Shown: one piece after another, positions 56,871-62,783 of the stretch
Layout of the letters: the number at the start of each line of letters is the position of its first letter
Position numbering within the stretch: position 1 is the stretch's first letter
Assembly (NCBI GenBank): GCA_029860045.1
Contig: JAOUBY010000004.1
Coordinates: 1-62,783, forward strand
DNA length: 62,783 bases
DNA from: Gammaproteobacteria bacterium
GTDB taxonomy: Bacteria; Pseudomonadota; Gammaproteobacteria; UBA9214
Reading direction: 5' to 3'
The notes under the pieces: model-generated
The model's database searches: none
Seen by the model: only the letters and a program-made list of their open reading frames with translations
What the model was told of the DNA's origin: nothing
Translations under genes and position numbers: made by a program

Positions 56871-57677
56871 TCAGCTGGCAAGTTTTCGCAAAACATGTGC
56901 CGCGGCGATCAGCCCGAAGGTGGCGGTCACCGGCATGGCGGAGCCGAGTCCGCCTGCGCAGGTCAGCCCACCCAGGGTCTGGTGGTCGGGTTTGGCGCCA
57001 CTGATTGTGCCATCGGTTCCAGGAAACACCGGGTTCTCCTCCGAGTATACGCAGGGTACGTCAAAACGCCGCTTCAGGTTTTTCGGGAAGCCGTAATCAC
57101 TGCGCAGTAGCTTGCGGGTCTTGGAAAACAGGGCGTCGTGTTCGGTGCGACTGAGGTCGGCAACGCGGATACGGCCCGGATCGGTTTGTCCGCCGGCGCC
57201 GCCCACCGTGATGATGCGCTGCTTGTTGCGCTTGCAATGTGAGATCAGCCGCGCCTTGGTGCGAAAGCCGTCGATACAGTCGATGATGTAATCGAACCCG
57301 GGTGCCAGCAATGACTCGAGATTCTCGACAGTCAGGAATTCCTCGGTTGCGTGCACCGTACATTCAGGATTGATCTGTCCGATCCGTTCCGCCATCACCT
57401 GTACCTTGGACATGCCAAGGGTATCGGTCAGCGCAGGCAGTTGCCGGTTGATATTGGATTCGGCCACATGGTCCAGGTCGATCAGCGTAAGCTGGCCGAT
57501 TGCCGAGCGTGCCAGTGCCTCGGTGGCCCAGGAGCCAACGCCCCCGATGCCCAGCACGCACACGTGGGCCTGGCGAAAATTATCCAGTGCCTGTGCACCA
57601 TACAGTCGCCGAATGCCGCCAAAGCGGCGCTCGAAATCGGCGCTGGCAGGGGTGATGTCGGGATCCGGTGTTGTCAT
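56871..57677 (-). CDS. tcdA: tRNA threonylcarbamoyladenosine dehydratase (ThiF/E1-like)
   Basis: Start at ATG 57677 (MTTPDPD...). RFGGIRRLYG and VLGIGGVGSW are Rossmann motifs. The upstream track extension was discarded. Confidence 0.9.
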   Translation of the reverse strand: MTTPDPDITPASADFERRFGGIRRLYGAQALDNFRQAHVCVLGIGGVGSWATEALARSAIGQLTLIDLDHVAESNINRQLPALTDTLGMSKVQVMAERIGQINPECTVHATEEFLTVENLESLLAPGFDYIIDCIDGFRTKARLISHCKRNKQRIITVGGAGGQTDPGRIRVADLSRTEHDALFSKTRKLLRSDYGFPKNLKRRFDVPCVYSEENPVFPGTDGTISGAKPDHQTLGGLTCAGGLGSAMPVTATFGLIAAAHVLRKLAS

Positions 57678-57736
57678 GTCGGCAACATACCAGAAAACGG
57701 CTGGGCGTAAATCCACAGTCCGCTTACAATCGATGC

Positions 57737-58504
57737 ATGGAACTGATCGATACCCACTGCCACCTCGATGTGGAGGCATTTTCAGAAGACCGCCATGCGG
57801 TGCTGGCGCGCGCCCGTGACAATGGCGTCGACGGGATCGTGGTTCCGGGTGTGATGGCCTGTAGCTGGGATGCGCTGCTGGACTTCTGCAATACCGATGC
57901 GTGCCTGTATCCTGCGCTGGGTCTGCACCCGGTCTATCTTGATCAGCACCGGGACACACATCTGGCGCATCTGGAAACCCTGCTTGTGCAACACAGCCCG
58001 GTTGCCGTGGGTGAGATTGGCCTCGATTATTACCTCGACGGGCTGGACCGGGAGCGGCAGCAGCAGTTGTTCGAGGCGCAACTGGAAATCGCGCGCACGG
58101 CCGGTCTGCCGGTCATCCTGCACGTGCGCAAGGCGCATGATGACGTGCTGGCAACGCTGCGGCGGATTCGGGTGCCCGGCGGCATCTGTCATGCTTTCAA
58201 TGGCAGCCTGCAGCAGGCAAACCGGTATATCGAGCTGGGATTCAGGCTGGGATTTGGCGGCATGCTGACATTTGAGCGTTCCAGCAAGCTGCGGGCGCTG
58301 GCCAGGGCGCTGCCGCTGGAAGCGCTGGTGCTGGAGACAGATGCGCCGGATATGACGGTCGTGCAGCACCGCGGCGAACGCAACAGCCCGGAGTATCTTC
58401 CGTATTGCCTGGCGGCACTGGCCGAGGTGCGCGGCGAGGAGGTCACCGACGTGGCACTGCAAACCACCTCGAATGCGCGTGCCGCGCTGGGCCTTGCCGG
58501 TTAG
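57737..58504 (+). CDS. TatD family metal-dependent hydrolase/DNase
   Basis: Start at ATG 57737 gives MELIDTHCHLD. EIGLDY, ILHVR, HAFNGS and LETDAP motifs. Confidence 0.9.
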   Translation: MELIDTHCHLDVEAFSEDRHAVLARARDNGVDGIVVPGVMACSWDALLDFCNTDACLYPALGLHPVYLDQHRDTHLAHLETLLVQHSPVAVGEIGLDYYLDGLDRERQQQLFEAQLEIARTAGLPVILHVRKAHDDVLATLRRIRVPGGICHAFNGSLQQANRYIELGFRLGFGGMLTFERSSKLRALARALPLEALVLETDAPDMTVVQHRGERNSPEYLPYCLAALAEVRGEEVTDVALQTTSNARAALGLAG

Positions 58505-58510
58505 CTGGGC

Positions 58511-58723
58511 ATGATCGGGAAAGCACTGATCATTGCTGGTGTCGCGCTGGTCCTGCTGGGCATCATTTACAGCTGGGCACCGGGGTGGCTTGGCTGGTTT
58601 GGCAACCTGCCAGGGGACATTCGCAGGGAGGGTGAGCACGGTACCGTGTTCATCCCGATCACCTCCATGATCGTGATCAGTATCGTGCTGAGTCTTGTCA
58701 TCAACCTGTTCTTTCGTCGCTAG
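58511..58723 (+). CDS. DUF2905 small membrane protein
   Basis: 70 aa with two TM helices flanking the LPGDIRREGE motif. Confidence 0.7.
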   Translation: MIGKALIIAGVALVLLGIIYSWAPGWLGWFGNLPGDIRREGEHGTVFIPITSMIVISIVLSLVINLFFRR

Positions 58724-58754
58724 CGATTGAGAGCCTTTTATTGCGGAGCAAATC

Positions 58755-59024
58755 ATGATCGATATCGAGCACGAACCTGAACGGGCGCAACTGGAAAGTC
58801 GCGGTGTATTTGACTGGCCGGTTTGGGAAAAGGAAGTCTCGTGTTTTGACTGGACTTACGATGTCACGGAATCCTGCTACATCCTGGCGGGCGAGGTGAC
58901 GGTCACCCCGGCCGGGGGCGAACCGGTGCGGATTGTTGCCGGTGACTTTGTCACCTTCCCGGCCGGTTTGAGCTGTGTTTGGGATATTACGCTGCCGATA
59001 CGCAAGCACTACCAGTTTGGGTAA
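58755..59024 (+). CDS. Cupin domain protein (DUF861/cupin_3-like)
   Basis: The pattern WPVWEKEVSCFDWTYD..E.CYILAGEVTV is typical of the family. Confidence 0.75.
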   Translation: MIDIEHEPERAQLESRGVFDWPVWEKEVSCFDWTYDVTESCYILAGEVTVTPAGGEPVRIVAGDFVTFPAGLSCVWDITLPIRKHYQFG

Positions 59025-59108
59025 CCGCGGAGGGTGCGAAACCTGGCGGACCTGCTGCTGTCTGTTATAGCGATATTCACTGAGTTTCCTGGCTGGAGGG
59101 TTATCCTG

Positions 59109-61085
59109 ATGCGTGTAATCCCCGTAACATGGCGGTTGATGGCTGTGCCGCGCAACGCCGTGGCTATCCTGTGTCTGTGCATCAGCTTTACGAACGCTGG
59201 CCTGGCGGAGCAGTTGAAGAGCGGTGGCTGGCGGCTGGCCGATGCCTCCAGCCCCTATTTGCTATTGCATGCCGATAACCCGGTCGAATGGTATCCCTGG
59301 GGTGAGGTTGCCTTTGAGAAAGCACGCAGCGAAAACAAGCCACTGTTCATTTCCATCGGTTATTTCACCTGCCACTGGTGTCACGTGATGGCGCGTGAAT
59401 CGTTCGAGAATCCGGACATTGCCGGGCTGCTGAACGAATATTTCGTTCCGATCAAGATTGACCGGGAACAGCGCCCTGACCTGGACGCCGCCTATATGCA
59501 ATACGTCACCCTGACCCGGGGGCAGGGCGGCTGGCCGATGTCGGTATGGGCAACGCCTGAAGGGGCGCCGTTTCTTGGGGGTACCTATTTCCCTCCAGAG
59601 GCCAGTCGTGGCCAGCCGGGTTTCAAATCAATGTTGAGCCAGCTGGCGTTGATGTGGCGGGCAGACGAGGAGGGGGTGAGAAAAACTGCAGCTCATGCCG
59701 TGCAGACATTGCGCAAGCTGAGTGATCCTGTTGAAGCCCTGAAGGAGCTGGATATGGCGCCGTTGGTCGCGGCGCGTCGTGACTATGCCGCCAGCTTTGA
59801 TGAACTGCAGGGCGGTTTCGGAGCCGCCCCCAAGTTTCCCCAGCCGGCACGTCTGTTGTTGCTGCTCGCTGACGATGATCCGGCCAGCGTAACGATGGCG
59901 CTGACAACACTGGATCACATGCTGGCCGGCGGTATTGTTGACCAGTTGGCGGGCGGCTTCCATCGCTACTCCACGGACTTCGGCTGGCGTGTGCCGCATT
60001 TTGAAAAGATGCTCTACGACCAGGCGTTGATGGTGCGCGTCTGCCTGGCGGCCTGGCGCCACAACAAGGCGGAGCACTATGCCGATTGCGCACGCAGCAC
60101 GCTGGACTTCACGCTTTCCGAGATGCGGGATACGCGGGGCGGATTCTATTCCGCGCTGGGGGCCGACAGCCCTGCCGACGGTGATGACGGCCATATGCAG
60201 GAAGGGGCGTATTACACATGGACCCTGCAGCAGCTGGAGCAGGCCCTGCCGGATGACGCGTTGCGCGAATGGACGATCGCGCGTTATGGCATCAAGCAAC
60301 ATGGTAACGCCCTGAGTGATCCGCTGGGTGAACTGCAGGGCCGCAATGTGTTGTGGCGCGCGCTTGATGACAATGGGCTGGCAGCGCGGTTCAAGGTAGA
60401 TCCCGGTACCGTGCGCGAACGTAATGTCGAGCTGGACAGGCGATTACTGACGGCGCGCCGCGGGCGCGCCCCGGCTCCGGTCGATGACAAGGTGGTGACG
60501 GCCTGGAACGGTTACCAGATTACGGCGCTGGCGATGGCCGGGCGCCTGCTCGGTGAGCCACGTTATGTTACTGCCGCAAGGCAGGCCGCGCAGTTTGTGC
60601 TCGATGAACTTTATGATGAAAAGAGCGGGCAATTGTTTCGCGACTGGCGCGGCGGGGTGCGCGGTGTGCCGGGGTTCAACCGGGACCATGCCGCCTTTGC
60701 TGAAGGGTTGCTGGCCCTTTACCGGGTAAGCGGTGAAAAGCGCTGGCTGCGTCATGCACAACAATTGGTGGACGCACAGGTCGAACGTTTCTGGGACGAG
60801 AGGCACGGCGGTTTTTTTACCACCACGGCCAGCACGGAGTTATGGCTGCGTGACAAATCTCTCAACGATGGGGCGACAGTGGCCGGGAATGGCATTGCCG
60901 TGCATGTGTTACTGGACCTGGGCAACTTCACCGGTAAATCCGACTACACCGAAAAGGCCTTGCGCACCGCGCGATGGGCAGGCGCACAGCTGGCCGATGC
61001 CCCGGGTGCCATGCCCTATACCTTGCTGGCGTGGCCGCGCCTGTTATCTGCTGTATCGTCTAACGAAAAGTCTGTAACACACTAA
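59109..61085 (+). CDS. Thioredoxin-domain protein, DUF255/YyaL (SPATA20-like) with (alpha/alpha)6 domain; signal peptide
   Basis: ATG at 59109 lies 9 nt after GGAGGG. Signal [28 protein letters not shown] is the thioredoxin-like motif. The large C-terminal domain is helical. Confidence 0.85.
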   Translation: MRVIPVTWRLMAVPRNAVAILCLCISFTNAGLAEQLKSGGWRLADASSPYLLLHADNPVEWYPWGEVAFEKARSENKPLFISIGYFTCHWCHVMARESFENPDIAGLLNEYFVPIKIDREQRPDLDAAYMQYVTLTRGQGGWPMSVWATPEGAPFLGGTYFPPEASRGQPGFKSMLSQLALMWRADEEGVRKTAAHAVQTLRKLSDPVEALKELDMAPLVAARRDYAASFDELQGGFGAAPKFPQPARLLLLLADDDPASVTMALTTLDHMLAGGIVDQLAGGFHRYSTDFGWRVPHFEKMLYDQALMVRVCLAAWRHNKAEHYADCARSTLDFTLSEMRDTRGGFYSALGADSPADGDDGHMQEGAYYTWTLQQLEQALPDDALREWTIARYGIKQHGNALSDPLGELQGRNVLWRALDDNGLAARFKVDPGTVRERNVELDRRLLTARRGRAPAPVDDKVVTAWNGYQITALAMAGRLLGEPRYVTAARQAAQFVLDELYDEKSGQLFRDWRGGVRGVPGFNRDHAAFAEGLLALYRVSGEKRWLRHAQQLVDAQVERFWDERHGGFFTTTASTELWLRDKSLNDGATVAGNGIAVHVLLDLGNFTGKSDYTEKALRTARWAGAQLADAPGAMPYTLLAWPRLLSAVSSNEKSVTH

Positions 61086-61103
61086 TAAAACAAATATTCA
61101 TCA

Positions 61104-61141
61104 CTCCATTAATGACGGTTTAGTAACCGCCATTAATGGAG
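61104..61141 (+). terminator. Long nested hairpin after the thioredoxin-domain gene
   Basis: CTCCATTAATG-A-CGGTT-TAGT-AACCG-C-CATTAATGGAG, 19 nt after the stop. No T-tract. Confidence 0.5.
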
Positions 61142-61247
61142 GGACGGTTATGAACTGCATCACATTACTGCCCGCCACGCGTTGCTAGAGTGGACCGCGA
61201 ACATGGCGACAGGGTAATGCCATGAGTCCATAACCCGAGGTATGAAT

Positions 61248-62171
61248 ATGAAAACAACAGATTTGACGTTAGCTGGAATACTTGTGGCACCCGTGCTGGG
61301 GTTGGCGCTGACTGGTTGTGGCGGAGGCGGGGCATCTACCGGGTCACTGTCAGTCGCGATTACAGATGCGGCAGTCGACAATGCGGATAATGTTGTGGTC
61401 GAGTTTTTTGGTGTCGAACTGCAGCCGGCCAGTGGCGAACTTATCACCTATGACTTTACCGAGCAGTGCAGCCTTGATCCGGCCTCCTGCCAGATCGACT
61501 TGCTGGCGCTTAATGGCGGAGTCTCGGAACTGATCCTTGATAATGAAACGGTCCCCTCTGGCGAGTACAGCTGGTTGCGGTTTATGGTGAACGCCAGTCC
61601 GAACGTGCGTGATTCATACATCGTGGTGAATGGCGAAGAATTTGAGCTGCAAATTCCCAGTGGTGCTGAAAGCGGGTTGAAACTGAACCAGGGTTTCGTT
61701 GTCCCGGCAGGCGGAAGTGCAGACTTTACCGTTGACTTTGATCTGCGCAAGTCGGTACATGATCCGGTCGGCAGTAGTGATTACCTGTTGAGACCGGCGC
61801 TGCGCATTGTCGACAACTCGCTGGTTGGAACATTGACAGGTAATGTTGATGCATCCTTCTTTGCCGGGGGTTTATGCAGTGGGGCAGTTTACGTTTTCTT
61901 TGGCGGGACTGTCGATGCACCTGATGATGAAGACGGAGAGGGTGGTGGTCCGGACCCGATTACCTCAGTGTTGGTTCCGGATGATGGTGTTTATGCCTAT
62001 ACCGTTTCTTTCCTGTCTGAGGGCGACTATCACATTGCATTCACCTGTGATGCGGCGGCGGATGATCCGGCTGTTGATGATGACGCCGCAACCGTGGCAT
62101 TCCTGGCCGAGGCAACGGTCACAATTATCCCTAACGATACGACGGATTATCCTTTCCCGCCGGCACCTTGA
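61248..62171 (+). CDS. DUF4382 lipoprotein
   Basis: Lipobox LALTGCGGGG. SLSVAITDA...V..F.GVEL is typical of DUF4382. The start is 61242 or 61248. Confidence 0.75.
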   Translation: MKTTDLTLAGILVAPVLGLALTGCGGGGASTGSLSVAITDAAVDNADNVVVEFFGVELQPASGELITYDFTEQCSLDPASCQIDLLALNGGVSELILDNETVPSGEYSWLRFMVNASPNVRDSYIVVNGEEFELQIPSGAESGLKLNQGFVVPAGGSADFTVDFDLRKSVHDPVGSSDYLLRPALRIVDNSLVGTLTGNVDASFFAGGLCSGAVYVFFGGTVDAPDDEDGEGGGPDPITSVLVPDDGVYAYTVSFLSEGDYHIAFTCDAAADDPAVDDDAATVAFLAEATVTIIPNDTTDYPFPPAP

Positions 62172-62192
62172 TAGCATTTATCAAGCTCACTG

Positions 62193-62220
62193 AAAACGGC
62201 GACTTCGGTCGCCGTTTTCT
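62193..62220. terminator. Bidirectional rho-independent terminator between convergent genes
   Basis: AAAACGGCGAC-TTCG-GTCGCCGTTTT, with A/T runs on both sides. Confidence 0.85.
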
Positions 62221-62229
62221 CTGCTGCAA

Positions 62230-62783
62230 CTACTCTTTGTCCGGGATCAGCCTGACCTTGACCCGGTTGTTCGCTGCCGCAATACGGTTCCATCGCAACG
62301 CCTTGATGTCCTCGCGTTGCGGCGGGTAGTTGAAGCGCGGACGACTGAACCGGTAGGGCATGATATCGATGCGAATGTCGCCGTTTGCGAGCAGGGGGGA
62401 GGTGTCGAGGAAATTGGCAAACGCAATCGACTGGCGCTGACCCAGGGCCGGCAGTTCCTGCAGGGGGTGCCCGATCAGGGAGCATTGTGTGGCCGGGAGG
62501 TCATCCGGTGCGAGGTAGTAACCATCGACGGCATCGCCGACCAGGCAGAATTTTCCCAGGTGGGATTCCATCTGTACCACACCCCTGAAGCCGAGTGACT
62601 GCAAGCGGGTGACCAGCTGTTGCACGATTGCCAGACGACGGTCACTGAATGCTTCCTCGTTCAGATCATAGACACTGCCCTGATTAATGGCCCATGAGAT
62701 GCTGTCATAGAGTCGGCCGGCCTGTGCGCGGGTCCGGTTATCCAGCTTGTTGAGTTGCTCGCGTAATGCCGCGTTTTCTTTGT
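62230..62783 (-). CDS. Hypothetical protein, N-terminus beyond window end
   Basis: I translated the minus-strand frame upstream of the track's GTG (62625). It stays open to nt 62783 (...KENAALREQLNKLDNRTRAQAGRLYD...), so the gene continues outside the window. Confidence 0.5.
   Translation of the reverse strand, partial: KENAALREQLNKLDNRTRAQAGRLYDSISWAINQGSVYDLNEEAFSDRRLAIVQQLVTRLQSLGFRGVVQMESHLGKFCLVGDAVDGYYLAPDDLPATQCSLIGHPLQELPALGQRQSIAFANFLDTSPLLANGDIRIDIMPYRFSRPRFNYPPQREDIKALRWNRIAAANNRVKVRLIPDKE

Noticed and set aside
57678-57959. 94-codon upstream extension of the tcdA ORF
   Set aside because: It overlaps the tatD 5' end on the other strand and is low-complexity. TcdA homology starts at Met 57677.
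57782-58756. 324-aa ORF antisense to tatD and DUF2905
   Set aside because: The sense strand genes have clear family motifs (HCHLD, LETDAP, LPGDI). The antisense ORF spans two genes and an intergenic gap.
59628-60302. 224-aa ORF antisense to the thioredoxin-domain (DUF255) gene
   Set aside because: Same reasoning: the sense-strand product is recognisable and continuous over 2 kb.

Overview
This is a moderately GC-rich, tightly packed chromosomal segment that looks gammaproteobacterial, with about 75 protein genes on both strands. All family calls come from reading the ORF translations and recalling motifs; no database search was run.

The content is mostly core housekeeping:
- DNA/RNA helicases (recQ, dbpA) and many translation or ribosome-stress factors (rlmA, two ABC-F ATPases ybiT-like and uup, arfB, typA/bipA, yeiP/efpL, slyD, tcdA, a cold-shock protein, greB).
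- Central metabolism: gltA, pdxH, and a ychJ-mtnB-mtnD-mtnC methionine-salvage operon.
- Sulfur-relay-flavoured genes (a secreted DsrE-like protein and a TusE/DsrC-like protein), which hint at a sulfur-oxidiser lifestyle.
- Numerous small conserved hypotheticals.

I saw no rRNA, tRNA, CRISPR array, transposase, integrase or prophage genes. I did not find a convincing multi-gene system that is clearly new.

The most interesting items are:
1. A 1,206-aa stand-alone protein (39601-43221) whose motif order and size suggest a PPi-dependent PEP carboxykinase-like enzyme.
2. A 65-aa ORF that is one-third proline, with seven diprolyl motifs, sitting directly upstream of a truncated PolX-like helix-hairpin-helix protein.
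3. A TusE/DsrC paralogue with Ser in place of the catalytic penultimate Cys, paired with an unknown 125-aa protein.
4. A rubrerythrin-like protein carrying an apparent signal peptide.
5. An orphan ParS/Xre (DUF2384)-type antitoxin-like gene with no RES toxin.
6. Two families of intergenic repeats: TGTAGGRGCG-hairpin-CGCGA REP-like units, and a GTACC(C)ATTTAT motif.
7. A strikingly AT-rich, repeat-bearing control region upstream of a Cys-less HMA-like small protein.

Several long antisense ORFs and 5'-extended ORFs in the track were judged spurious.
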